Shown here: piece by piece, positions 1 through 8,690 of the stretch
How positions within the stretch are numbered: the stretch's first letter is position 1
Layout: every line of letters begins with the position of its first letter
Assembly (NCBI GenBank): GCA_002716845.1
Contig: PBCE01000001.1
Coordinates: 10,592 to 74,591 of the forward strand
From: Flavobacteriaceae bacterium
Lineage (GTDB): Bacteria; Bacteroidota; Bacteroidia; Flavobacteriales; Flavobacteriaceae
Length of the DNA: 64,000 nt
Direction of reading: 5' to 3'
Notes under the pieces: generated by a model
Database searches by the model: none
Seen by the model: the letters and a program-made list of their open reading frames with translations, nothing else
Told to the model about the DNA's origin: nothing
Made by a program: the position numbers and the translations under genes

Positions 1-1751
1 CCGCTGCGCAACACATTAATTTATATTCACCCGGTGGTGCCACAATGCCAAATTTGGAGAAGCTGGCGCAAGAAGGAGTTATTTTTAATCATGCTTTTTC
101 AAATGCCCCGGTATGCTCTGTTGCAAGAAGCACAATGATAACGGGCTGTTATGCCCCAAGAATCTTTACCCAATACCACCGAAAAACCCTACGGGTTCCT
201 TTACCTAAGGGGGTTATGCCCTTTCCTTATTACTTAAAAGAAATAGGCTACTATACCACGAACAATAGCAAAGAAGACTACAATTTAATTTTACCAAAAG
301 GTGTATGGGATGAGTCATCAACAAAGGCAAGCTATAAAAACAGAAAAACCGGTCAGCCTTTTTTTCACATACAAAATTATACTGTATCGCATGAACAGCA
401 TTTACATTTCAATCAATCAACCATTGATGATTTTAAAAAAGAGGACCTGAAACACATAGAGGTATTTCCATATCACCCAGATACCAAAACCTTTCGATAT
501 ACCTATTATCATTTTCATATGAGACTGGCAATGGCCGATAAACAAATGGGAAAATTTATTCAGGACCTGAAGGATCAAGGACTGATGGAGAATACCATAA
601 TTTTCTATTTCGGGGATCATGGAGGCTTGCTTCCAAGAAGTAAAGGATATGCTTATGAAAGCGGATTAAAGGTTCCCTTGGTAGTGTATTATCCTCCCAA
701 ATGGGAATATTTGTTTCACGACAAAAAGGGCTCCAGATCAAACACTTTTTTTGAATTCATAGATTTTGCCCCTACCGTACTTTCTTTAGCTGGGATTGCC
801 CCTCCAGAGCCTATGGATGGGACCCCTGTTTTTGGAAAACATGCCCAACCCCTGAAAGTAAAAAATAAAAATACTGCACTGGGCCATGCCGATCGATTCG
901 ATGAAAAATACGATATGGTCCGTACCTTGAGGGTAGGGAAATACAAATACATAAGAAACTATCAGCCTTTTAACACCGACGCCCTATTTAATTTTTATCG
1001 ATACAAAATGTTGGCTTTCCAGGAGTGGGACGCACTGTACTTGGAGGGAAAACTCAATCCTGAACAACAACATTACTTCAAACAAAAAAAACCAGAAGCG
1101 CTCTATAATATAGAAGAAGACCCCCATGAAATTAACGACCTGTCGCAGGAGGTTTGTCATCAAGAGGTTTTAAAAAGTATAAGAAAACAGCTTCAGAACA
1201 AGCTACTGGATCTTTCTGATTTGAGTTTTTATCCTGAACCGTTTTTGTTGGAAAATGCTCTTCAAAACCCGGTTGCGTTTGGTCAAAAACATCAGTCAGA
1301 AATTGAAGGATTAATGGCAATCGCAGATCTTTCTTTAACTCCATTTGATCTGGTAAGCGAAGAAGTTTTGGGTGCGCTTAAAGATCAAAACCCATGGAAA
1401 CGCTATTGGGCTTTAATCGTTTGCACATCTTTTGGTGAAAAAGCAAAGTCTTTGATCCCAAAAATTAAAAATATACTTGAAAAAGACACAGAAAACCTGG
1501 TCCGAATCAGGGCAATAGAATTTTTGGCCTTAAACGGAATTGATTTTGATAAGAGCATCATTCAGGAAATAATGAAAAATGCGGTTTCGGAGACCGAGAC
1601 AAATTTGATGCTCAACAGCCTAGCGCTGATTGTAAGGTCGAGACCAAACTTTAAAATAAACCTGACAAAAGATATTTTTCCCGCAGAATGGACCCGAAAC
1701 CCCAAGGATCTGGTCAGTAGAAGAATGGAGTATTTATTAGACAATCTTTAA
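1..1751 (+). CDS. Sulfatase-family hydrolase (5' end outside window) with C-terminal HEAT-like repeats
   Basis: Frame 3 is open from nt 3 (AAQHINLYSPGGAT precedes the first Met at 45), so the gene starts upstream of the window. Sulfatase blocks are present: PNLEKLAQEGVIFNHAFSNAPVCSVARSTMITG and FGDHGG. The C-terminal ~150 aa looks HEAT-like (ENLVRIRAIEFLALNG). Confidence 0.85.
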   Translation, partial: AAQHINLYSPGGATMPNLEKLAQEGVIFNHAFSNAPVCSVARSTMITGCYAPRIFTQYHRKTLRVPLPKGVMPFPYYLKEIGYYTTNNSKEDYNLILPKGVWDESSTKASYKNRKTGQPFFHIQNYTVSHEQHLHFNQSTIDDFKKEDLKHIEVFPYHPDTKTFRYTYYHFHMRLAMADKQMGKFIQDLKDQGLMENTIIFYFGDHGGLLPRSKGYAYESGLKVPLVVYYPPKWEYLFHDKKGSRSNTFFEFIDFAPTVLSLAGIAPPEPMDGTPVFGKHAQPLKVKNKNTALGHADRFDEKYDMVRTLRVGKYKYIRNYQPFNTDALFNFYRYKMLAFQEWDALYLEGKLNPEQQHYFKQKKPEALYNIEEDPHEINDLSQEVCHQEVLKSIRKQLQNKLLDLSDLSFYPEPFLLENALQNPVAFGQKHQSEIEGLMAIADLSLTPFDLVSEEVLGALKDQNPWKRYWALIVCTSFGEKAKSLIPKIKNILEKDTENLVRIRAIEFLALNGIDFDKSIIQEIMKNAVSETETNLMLNSLALIVRSRPNFKINLTKDIFPAEWTRNPKDLVSRRMEYLLDNL

Positions 1752-1755
1752 TTTA

Positions 1756-1947
1756 ATGGAAACAGAAGCAAACGAAAAGGGTACCCCAAGAATTTATAGA
1801 AAAGCCAAAGGGCAAATTTTTGTAGAAGGTTATGTGAATTTGAACGACATGGAGGGAATCCCCATCAAACACCGCAATAAATTTACCCTTTGCGGGTGTG
1901 CCAAATGTTAAGACATGCCGTTTTGTGAAGGATCACGCAAATTTTAG
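1756..1947 (+). pseudogene. Decayed CDGSH iron-sulfur domain gene (in-frame TAA, ligand His lost)
   Basis: ATG at 1756 gives GQIFVEGYVNLNDMEGIPIKHRNKFTLCGCAKC, then TAA (1909-1911), then in the same frame DMPFCEGSRKF and TAG (1945-1947). The spacing matches the CDGSH signature C-x-C-x2-S-x3-P-x-C-D-G-S-H exactly, but with Ser->Cys, a stop, Asp->Glu and His->Arg. Confidence 0.6.
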
Positions 1948-4400
1948 AATTCCCTTTTTCCAAATTCACTATCGATGAATTTGGCCCTGCTCTTTCGATT
2001 ATTAAGATTAAAACTTAAGCTCAGGAGCACCACATCTACTTCATAGACATAATTCGTTGTGGTGTAAAAGGCATCCTTTCGATAAGTTGTTATTCTTTGC
2101 TCATTGGTATTCATCAGACCCATATCTATATTTTTCCACTGCAGCGTAGCCGTTAATTGGTCGTTCCAAAAACGATGGGTTAAGGTCAAGTTGGGGGAAT
2201 AGAATTCAGAATCTTCCCCTTGAGCGGTTAACCGCCTGGAAACATAGTTTAAATTAAACTGGGCAAAAACACGATTAGAGAAACGATAAGTGCTGTTAAT
2301 ATTTAGGTTGTAAACATAACCCGAGGTGTCTATTGGCAAATCATCAAAGGATCCCTTTAATTTAAAATAATAAGTATTCATGAAACTAAAAATTTTGAAT
2401 TTTTTCCCAAAGGCATATTCTGCACTAAACTCTCTTCCCAAAACCTGAGCTTTTCCAACATTAGAATATATACGATTCAAAATGGTATCGTTGTACACCG
2501 TATTCACTCGATTGATCAAATGGCGGGTATTTCTGTAGTATAGAGACGAATTGAGTTGGTTCCCTTTTTTGGTTTTATAGCTGACCCCAAATTCTACTTG
2601 GTCTGTCAACTCAGGATGGAGCTGGGGATCCCCTTGCTCTAAGGTTTCAGAGTGCTCCCGTTCGGGGAAAGGATTCATTTTAAAAGTCGTAGTTCGATCA
2701 ATTCTCTTGCTGTACGAAAGCCCAAAGAAGATGTTTTCCTTCCACTGATAATTGATGCTGGCCGAAGGGAAAAGTTTCTTGAAATTCAATGAATATTTTT
2801 CATTAACCTTACCTGTTTTGTCTTTTAAATACAAGTCGCGATCCATACTTTCCAAACGAATACCCCCGGTGTAATTCCATTTTTTAAAGCGCCTCTGAAA
2901 CTGAAAATAAGCGGCATGAATGGACCGTTCGAGGTTTACTTCACTCGAAAACTCGGGAACCAACTCAAACCGCTGCGTTGTGTTATTTTTTCTCTCGTAA
3001 ACAAAATCTCCCTTATGGTCGAGATTTCGGAATTGATACCCCATTTTTAGAGTACCCAGCCTGAGGGGTTTAAACTCATAATCGATATTGAAACGGACTC
3101 CGTCAAGAGGGTTGTCATTGGTGTTAAACTCATCCTGATAAACCACCGAATGGTCTGGATACCCCAAGTTCCGATTGGTAGTGGGACCTCCCAAAAGGGT
3201 GTACTCATATAAAAAAGAGGTGCTGAGTTTTGCTTCATTTGTAAAAAGATGATTGTAGTCAATACTCCCCAAGGCAAAATCACTTTTCCTGATCCTCAGG
3301 TTTTCATTGTAATACTGAAATTGGTAATCAATCTCATCTGTAATAGCGTAGTTATTATAATAAAAGATATCTGCTGTTCTCTCTTTTGTCCTTTTACCGG
3401 CATAAAATGCAACTGAAAATTCATCCCTATCGGAGATTTTATAATCGGCGGTTAGTCTTCCGGAAAAATTAACTTCATCAAAACTCCGTTCCCCATCCGA
3501 GGGAAAGCGGGTGTATTTATTACCTATTTGTGTGTAGACATCTCCCTCTCTGCGTCCAGAAATATCATTTCTTTGAAAATTAAAACCAGAGGAAACATTC
3601 AGGCGCGCGCTCACAGTATTATAAGTAAGGTCGGCTCCGAATCGTTGAACCGATTGCGCATTTTGATAATCCTGTATTGAAGGTGCACCCAGAAGGGTAT
3701 TGACCTGTAAATAATCCCCTTCCAAAACATTTTTTTGCGTTAAAATATTGATTATACCAGCTTTTCCCTCTGCGTCATATTGGGCTGAGGGTGTAGTAAT
3801 TATTTCAATATTTTTGATACTGTTGGCAGGAATTTGATTTAAAAAGCTCACTACATCAGATTGAAGGGGCTTATTATTTACCAAAACCACAAAACCAGTA
3901 CTCCCCCTAACACTAATTTCTCCCAAGCCATTGAAAGTCACCGATGGTAGGTTTCTAATTAGATCAACACCGGTGCCCCCTTTGGCGGAAGAAAAGGCAC
4001 CCGCAATAAATACCTGACGATCGATCTTGTTTCGAAAGGTGGCCTCATTCGTTTCCACCAAGACCTCCTCGAGTTGATCTCTGCTGGATTCAATATTAAT
4101 TTTACCGAGATCCAAAGGTGTATTTTTTTTCAACTCTAAAAAGCTAACTTCCTTAGTTTGATAACCTAAAAATGATATTTCAATTGAAAAAGTTCCACTA
4201 TGATCAACGGGCACACGAAAACTACCATCCGGTTTTGAAATGGTACCTTCAATGACGTCATTCCCTTTTTTCAAAATAATAGTAGCATACTCAATAGGTG
4301 TGCCACTGCTCTGATCGTTTATCACACCAATAATTTGACCTTGAAGGCCAAATGATGCTATTTGAGAGAAAATGAGGTAGTAAAAACATTTTCTATTCAT
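1944..4400 (-). CDS. TonB-dependent receptor / outer-membrane beta-barrel protein with CarboxypepD_reg-like N-terminus
   Basis: 818 aa with a signal peptide. N-terminal GVINDQSSGTPIEYATIIL resembles a carboxypeptidase-regulatory fold, followed by a plug-like region. The aromatic-rich beta-barrel ends in a C-terminal F. Confidence 0.85.
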   Translation of the reverse strand: MNRKCFYYLIFSQIASFGLQGQIIGVINDQSSGTPIEYATIILKKGNDVIEGTISKPDGSFRVPVDHSGTFSIEISFLGYQTKEVSFLELKKNTPLDLGKINIESSRDQLEEVLVETNEATFRNKIDRQVFIAGAFSSAKGGTGVDLIRNLPSVTFNGLGEISVRGSTGFVVLVNNKPLQSDVVSFLNQIPANSIKNIEIITTPSAQYDAEGKAGIINILTQKNVLEGDYLQVNTLLGAPSIQDYQNAQSVQRFGADLTYNTVSARLNVSSGFNFQRNDISGRREGDVYTQIGNKYTRFPSDGERSFDEVNFSGRLTADYKISDRDEFSVAFYAGKRTKERTADIFYYNNYAITDEIDYQFQYYNENLRIRKSDFALGSIDYNHLFTNEAKLSTSFLYEYTLLGGPTTNRNLGYPDHSVVYQDEFNTNDNPLDGVRFNIDYEFKPLRLGTLKMGYQFRNLDHKGDFVYERKNNTTQRFELVPEFSSEVNLERSIHAAYFQFQRRFKKWNYTGGIRLESMDRDLYLKDKTGKVNEKYSLNFKKLFPSASINYQWKENIFFGLSYSKRIDRTTTFKMNPFPEREHSETLEQGDPQLHPELTDQVEFGVSYKTKKGNQLNSSLYYRNTRHLINRVNTVYNDTILNRIYSNVGKAQVLGREFSAEYAFGKKFKIFSFMNTYYFKLKGSFDDLPIDTSGYVYNLNINSTYRFSNRVFAQFNLNYVSRRLTAQGEDSEFYSPNLTLTHRFWNDQLTATLQWKNIDMGLMNTNEQRITTYRKDAFYTTTNYVYEVDVVLLSLSFNLNNRKSRAKFIDSEFGKREF

Positions 4401-4460
4401 ATTTTGGATGGGTTTTCATTCAATTTTTCGAAAAGTTTATAGTTTGAATACAATTCATTG

Positions 4461-4468
4461 CAAAAATA
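4461..4468 (-). promoter_or_regulatory. Bacteroidota -7 box TATTTTTG upstream of the TonB receptor
   Basis: Plus-strand caaaaata equals minus-strand TATTTTTG, which matches TAnnTTTG. It lies ~60 nt upstream of the ATG at 4400. Confidence 0.35.
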
Positions 4469-4546
4469 ACATTTGAAGTTAATTTAATGTAAAGGGCCTC
4501 TTGTTTCTTTATATCCACAACGAATTTAAATAAGGTTGGAATTGAT

Positions 4547-4576
4547 AAAAAAAATGCGAGCCCATCGGCTCGCATT
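4547..4576 (-). terminator. Rho-independent terminator (minus strand)
   Basis: AATGCGAGCC (4553-4562) pairs perfectly with GGCTCGCATT (4567-4576) around loop CATC. The plus-strand A-run 4547-4554 becomes a U-run after the hairpin on the minus strand. Confidence 0.75.
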
Positions 4577-4597
4577 CAACTTATAGATAAGGATAGA

Positions 4598-4660
4598 TTA
4601 GAACAGAATACAAACGGGTATCTGCTGTCCTAACTTCCTTAAATTACATATGTAAGACAT
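4598..4660 (-). CDS. Candidate 20-aa micro-ORF (MSYICNLRKLGQQIPVCILF) behind a strong SD-like site
   Basis: ATG at 4660-4658 lies 6 nt after a GGAGG core; TAA at 4600-4598. No homology is recognisable by eye, and coding status is unproven. Confidence 0.25.
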   Translation of the reverse strand: MSYICNLRKLGQQIPVCILF

Positions 4661-4662
4661 TT

Positions 4663-4677
4663 GACACCTCCTTTCTA
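4663..4677 (-). promoter_or_regulatory. Extended Shine-Dalgarno-like / anti-SD-complementary element UAGAAAGGAGGUGUC
   Basis: The plus strand reads gACACCTCCTTTCTA, which matches the conserved CACCUCCUU 16S 3' core plus flanks. The sequence is certain; the function is inferred. Confidence 0.4.
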
Positions 4678-4722
4678 TATTAGTTAGACATGGCTGTTGT
4701 CACAGCGTTAACATTTCCACAT

Positions 4723-4730
4723 CAAATATA
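4723..4730 (-). promoter_or_regulatory. Candidate -7 box TATATTTG for the mini-gene
   Basis: Plus-strand caaatata equals minus-strand TATATTTG (TAnnTTTG). A TTTG sits 15 nt upstream (4749->4746), a shorter spacer than the usual consensus. Confidence 0.3.
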
Positions 4731-4753
4731 AAAAGAGAATAAATTCAAACCTT

Positions 4754-6022
4754 TTATTTTACGATTTTTTTTAATGTTAACCCTTGTACCAAAATGGTAA
4801 ACAATACAATGATATAGGTCAAAAAAAGAATTAAAGATTTTCCTTCGCCAATTTCATCGGGTAAGTTAAGTGCCAATGCGACACTTAACCCTCCCCTTAG
4901 ACCTCCCCAAGTGATGATCAAAGCAGTTTTCCTTTCAAAGTTCATGAAAAGAGATAAAAAAGCTATAGGTAGGGATACACCAATTCCCCTAGATACGACA
5001 ACGAGGACGACTACTATCAGTGAAATTGAGATATAAGCCATTCTGAAGGATTCAAAGATCGTTATGATTTCTATACCAATCAGAATAAATAAAACAGCAT
5101 TCAGTGTTTCATCCAGCAAATGCCAAAACTTATATACGTAATTTCCCATTGCTTTTTGAACGCCCTCTTTTTCTTGATCAACATCTAAATTTTGATTCAA
5201 AAACAATCCCATCATCACCACTCCCAAGACCGCCGAAAAATGAAAATAATGAGATATAATTGGTAAGATTAAGACCAAAGAAATTGTCACCAAAACTTCT
5301 AACTCGGTGTGCTCATTCTCAATATATTTAAGGAGCTTCAGGCCGAGATAGCCCATTAATGAACCCAATGCAATACCTCCGATAACCTCGGTAACAAAAA
5401 GCCCCCCAATTGCTGCGGCCGTTATATTTTCTACCCCCTCTTGCTTAATGCCCAATAGCGTAAGAAAAACCACAACTCCAATTCCGTCATTGAACAGGGA
5501 TTCTCCAGCTATTCTCGTTTCTGTTATGGAGGATAAGTTCATTTTTTTTATCATCGCCAACACAGCAATAGGATCAGTAGGAGCTATTAAAGCACCAAAC
5601 AACAGACAGTCTATATAAGTTAAGCCAATGGTATTTAGTCCAAATACCGATTGTTGAACCAACCAATAAACCCCAGTGCCAATGGCAAAAGTCGAGAAAA
5701 CAACCCCAAAACTGGCTAAAAGTAATATGGTTAACTTGTCCTTTAGTAATTCATGAACATTTACACTTATGGCTCCCGCAAAAAGTAAAAAAGGCAACAT
5801 TACGTTTACCAAAAGTTCGCTGAAATCGAATTCCCTGGTGATATCAGTTACCATTTTAAAAACTTGAGGATAAACCGCCCCAACCGCAGTAATTATTATG
5901 GAAAGCGAAAGTGCTAAAATCATCAAACCTATGGTTTGCGGTAATTTTAGCAATCGAAGATTGATTAGCGAAAAAAGTGCCGCCAACGACATTAATATTG
6001 TTGTTAATTCAAGTATGCCCAT
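4754..6022 (-). CDS. Na+/H+ antiporter, CPA1 (NhaP-type) family
   Basis: 422 aa polytopic membrane protein. Blocks such as LFGALIAPTDPIAV and ESLFNDGIGVV are typical of the Na_H_Exchanger family. Confidence 0.85.
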   Translation of the reverse strand: MGILELTTILMSLAALFSLINLRLLKLPQTIGLMILALSLSIIITAVGAVYPQVFKMVTDITREFDFSELLVNVMLPFLLFAGAISVNVHELLKDKLTILLLASFGVVFSTFAIGTGVYWLVQQSVFGLNTIGLTYIDCLLFGALIAPTDPIAVLAMIKKMNLSSITETRIAGESLFNDGIGVVVFLTLLGIKQEGVENITAAAIGGLFVTEVIGGIALGSLMGYLGLKLLKYIENEHTELEVLVTISLVLILPIISHYFHFSAVLGVVMMGLFLNQNLDVDQEKEGVQKAMGNYVYKFWHLLDETLNAVLFILIGIEIITIFESFRMAYISISLIVVVLVVVSRGIGVSLPIAFLSLFMNFERKTALIITWGGLRGGLSVALALNLPDEIGEGKSLILFLTYIIVLFTILVQGLTLKKIVK

Positions 6023-6054
6023 GTTTATTCTTTTTTGATTGTTTGTTTATTATT

Positions 6055-6648
6055 TTATTTCATATTTAGTCGATGTAGCTTGGAAATATATTTGCCAATA
6101 ATATCGAATTCCAAATTCACTGGGGCTCCTTTTTCTATCAGATGAAAATTAGTGTACTCATAGGTGTAGGGTATAATAGCGACAGAAAAATGATCAATTT
6201 CAGAATCCACTACAGTAAGGCTAACGCCATTAACGCAAATAGATCCTTTTTCGATAGTAATATTTTTTTGATCGAAGGGGTATTCAAAATCAAAAACCCA
6301 ACTGCCCTCTTTAAATTCAATTTTTTTACAATATCCAACCTGGTCCACATGGCCTTGAACAATATGACCATCCAAACGACTATTCATTTTCATAGCCCTT
6401 TCTAAATTAATCAAACCTCCTTCTTTTAGACTGCCAATATTTGACTTCTCTAAAGTTTCTTGGATAGCTGTTACAGTATAACTTTTACCGGTGATATCAA
6501 CCACAGTCAAACAGACCCCGTTATGCGACAAACTTTGATCTATTTTTAATTCTGGAGTGAGGCTACTCTCAATACTTAAGTGCAAGTTATCCCCCTCCTT
6601 TTCCAATTGGACCAGTTTGCCAAACGCCTCTATGATTCCCGTAAACAT
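6055..6648 (-). CDS. ribE: Riboflavin synthase alpha chain
   Basis: Starts with MFTGIIE. The duplicated lumazine-binding halves are present (NGVCLTV / NGVSLTV), and the length is 197 aa. Confidence 0.93.
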   Translation of the reverse strand: MFTGIIEAFGKLVQLEKEGDNLHLSIESSLTPELKIDQSLSHNGVCLTVVDITGKSYTVTAIQETLEKSNIGSLKEGGLINLERAMKMNSRLDGHIVQGHVDQVGYCKKIEFKEGSWVFDFEYPFDQKNITIEKGSICVNGVSLTVVDSEIDHFSVAIIPYTYEYTNFHLIEKGAPVNLEFDIIGKYISKLHRLNMK

Positions 6649-6700
6649 CAGTTAGATTTAATTACATTTGTGCATAAAATTAGTAATAAAAGCAACACTA

Positions 6701-7705
6701 ATGTTGGGAAAGATAAAGCTGGGCATTTCAATGGGCGATCCTAATGGTATCGGCATAGAAATTATTCTAAAAAATTTTGAGGACAAAAGGCTCTTTGATT
6801 TTTTTACCCCCATCGTTTATGCCCCTTACAAATTATTGGATCAACAAAAAAAACACTTTGGATTTCAAACAAACCTCTCTGTAAAAAATAAGGATCAGCG
6901 CTTTCACAAAGCACAGCTCAATGTGATCGATATGCCCATGCCCAAAGAGGCGTTAAAATTCGGTGAGCCCTCCAAAATAGCTGGTGCATTGGCCATAGAC
7001 TCCTTAAAAGCAGCAACGTCTGCCTTAAAAAAAGGAAAAATAGACGCCTTGGTTACAGCCCCAATCAATAAGGAAACCATTCAGTCAACATCATTTAACT
7101 TTCCAGGACACACCGATTATTTGGCCAAAGAGCTGGAAGGCAAAAGCTTAATGCTGATGGTTTCAGATCTTTTAAAAGTTGCTTTGGTGAGCGATCATAT
7201 TGCCGTAAAAGACGTTTCAAATCTTCTTACCACCGCCATACTAGAAGAAAAAATTATTGGTTTGGAAAATTCCTTAAAAAATGATTTTAACATTCAAAGA
7301 CCTAAATTAGCTGTGTTGGGTCTCAACCCCCACTCTGGCGACAAAGGGGTTATTGGTCAAGAGGATTATCAAATTATTCTCCCTGTTGTAAATAATTTGT
7401 TTGAGAAAGGTCACCTCGTTTATGGGCCCTATGCTGCAGATGGCTTTTTTGGGCAGCAAACCCATCTTAAATTTGATGCAGTCCTGGCCATGTATCATGA
7501 CCAAGGATTGATCCCTTTTAAAATGCTTACCTTTGGCACTGGGGTAAATTATACAGCAGGACTAAAAGCAGTCCGAACCTCACCCGATCACGGTACAGCA
7601 TTTGAAATTGCTGGTCAAGGAACCGCCAATGCGGAGTCTTTTCGGAATGCAATGTTTCTGGCCAGATTGGTTTTATTCAATTGGAAAGAAAAAAACTCAT
7701 TGTAA
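6701..7705 (+). CDS. pdxA: 4-hydroxythreonine-4-phosphate dehydrogenase
   Basis: GDPNGIGIEI, NPHSGDKG and SPDHGTAFEIAG blocks are present. The track ORF starts at TTG 6668; the ATG at 6701 (MLGKIKLGIS) is the more plausible start. Confidence 0.9.
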   Translation: MLGKIKLGISMGDPNGIGIEIILKNFEDKRLFDFFTPIVYAPYKLLDQQKKHFGFQTNLSVKNKDQRFHKAQLNVIDMPMPKEALKFGEPSKIAGALAIDSLKAATSALKKGKIDALVTAPINKETIQSTSFNFPGHTDYLAKELEGKSLMLMVSDLLKVALVSDHIAVKDVSNLLTTAILEEKIIGLENSLKNDFNIQRPKLAVLGLNPHSGDKGVIGQEDYQIILPVVNNLFEKGHLVYGPYAADGFFGQQTHLKFDAVLAMYHDQGLIPFKMLTFGTGVNYTAGLKAVRTSPDHGTAFEIAGQGTANAESFRNAMFLARLVLFNWKEKNSL

Positions 7706-7781
7706 AAATGGGGGATAAATAGAACAAGCCCTGTAATTATTGCATTTTTTTTATAAGTTTGCATGATTAAAAGTTGGAAGG

Positions 7782-8303
7782 ATGGAGCAGTTCAAAACAT
7801 TCTTAATACCCTTCATTGGTTTAAAGGATGGTGTCCATCACTTCGATTTTAAGATTGACAATACGTTCTTTGAAGGTTTCGAGTTTTCAGATTATCAAAA
7901 TGCTAGTGTAGCAGTTGGTTTAGTTTTTGAAAAAAAACCTACACTACTGATACTGAATTTCAACGCCAAAGGAACCGTGACAGTTCCTTGTGACATCACC
8001 ACAGAGCTATTTGACCTTCCCATTGATACTGCTTTTAAGTTGGTGGTTAAATTTGGATTGGTTGAAAACCATGACGATGATCAAATTGTGATTCTTCCCC
8101 ATAGTTCTAATGAAATACAGGTAGCCCAATACATCTTTGAAACGATAGTGCTGTCTGTACCGCAAAAAAAGGTTCACCCTGGAATTGAAGCAGGCAATTT
8201 GAAATCGGATATTTTAGAAAAACTAAAAAACATGGAACCCCAAAAAAAAACACCATTAGAGGAAACAGACCCGCGATGGGATAAATTGAAAGATTTATTA
8301 TAA
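7782..8303 (+). CDS. yceD: YceD/DUF177 family protein (23S rRNA accumulation protein)
   Basis: 173 aa lying immediately upstream of rpmF (conserved synteny). DUF177-like VPCDITTELF and VHP blocks are present. Confidence 0.75.
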   Translation: MEQFKTFLIPFIGLKDGVHHFDFKIDNTFFEGFEFSDYQNASVAVGLVFEKKPTLLILNFNAKGTVTVPCDITTELFDLPIDTAFKLVVKFGLVENHDDDQIVILPHSSNEIQVAQYIFETIVLSVPQKKVHPGIEAGNLKSDILEKLKNMEPQKKTPLEETDPRWDKLKDLL

Positions 8304-8334
8304 CTGAAAATAAATAAAATATAAAGCGAATACA

Positions 8335-8532
8335 ATGGCGCATCCTAAAAGAAAAATATCGAAAACCAGAAGAGATAAAAGAAGAACTCACTACAAGGCT
8401 ACCAAGCACCAAATAGGAACTTGTGGTACAACTGGAGAGTCTCATTTATATCACCGTGCCCATTGGCACGAAGGAAAACTTTACTACCGCGGTAAAGTTT
8501 TGATTGACAATAACGAAGCGATTGAGGCCTAA
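8335..8532 (+). CDS. rpmF: 50S ribosomal protein L32
   Basis: [22 protein letters not shown] is a canonical bL32 N-terminus. Confidence 0.95.
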   Translation: MAHPKRKISKTRRDKRRTHYKATKHQIGTCGTTGESHLYHRAHWHEGKLYYRGKVLIDNNEAIEA

Positions 8533-8557
8533 TTACATACCTCTTTACCCAAAACTG

Positions 8558-8583
8558 AGTCCTTTTTCCAAAGGACTTTTTTT
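8558..8583 (+). terminator. Rho-independent terminator after rpmF
   Basis: AGTCCTTT (8558-8565), loop TTCC, AAAGGACT (8570-8577), then TTTTTT. Confidence 0.75.
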
Positions 8584-8690
8584 GTAGGTAAAGGTTTTGA
8601 TTGCTCTAAAAAACTACTATCTTCACATATAATATTGACAGTTCAAAAGGAAGTGATTTACTGATGAATTCTATCAATTCAAGCCCTAAA

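Noticed and set aside
4661-4680. Possibility that the 16S-3'-end-like plus-strand string is a fragment of an rRNA operon
   Set aside because: The sequence upstream (taagacatttg) bears no resemblance to the conserved 16S region preceding the anti-SD (GGTGCGGCTGGA). No other rRNA or tRNA sequence is nearby.
6649-6700. FMN riboswitch upstream of ribE, or a cobalamin riboswitch upstream of the receptor at 47409
   Set aside because: The available spacers (about 50 nt and 33 nt) are far too short for either aptamer, and no conserved riboswitch core sequences were seen.
8242-8250. A9 homopolymer tracts (also 20402-20410 in the M23 signal peptide and 28412-28420 intergenic) as phase-variation switches
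   Set aside because: Short A/T runs are expected in an AT-rich genome. The genes involved are housekeeping, and there is no evidence of alternative frames restoring an ORF.
8107-8445. 112-aa minus-strand ORF spanning the yceD end and rpmF start
   Set aside because: It is antisense to two well-supported genes and its sequence is low-complexity and Ser/Phe-rich. It is a typical shadow ORF of an AT-rich genome.
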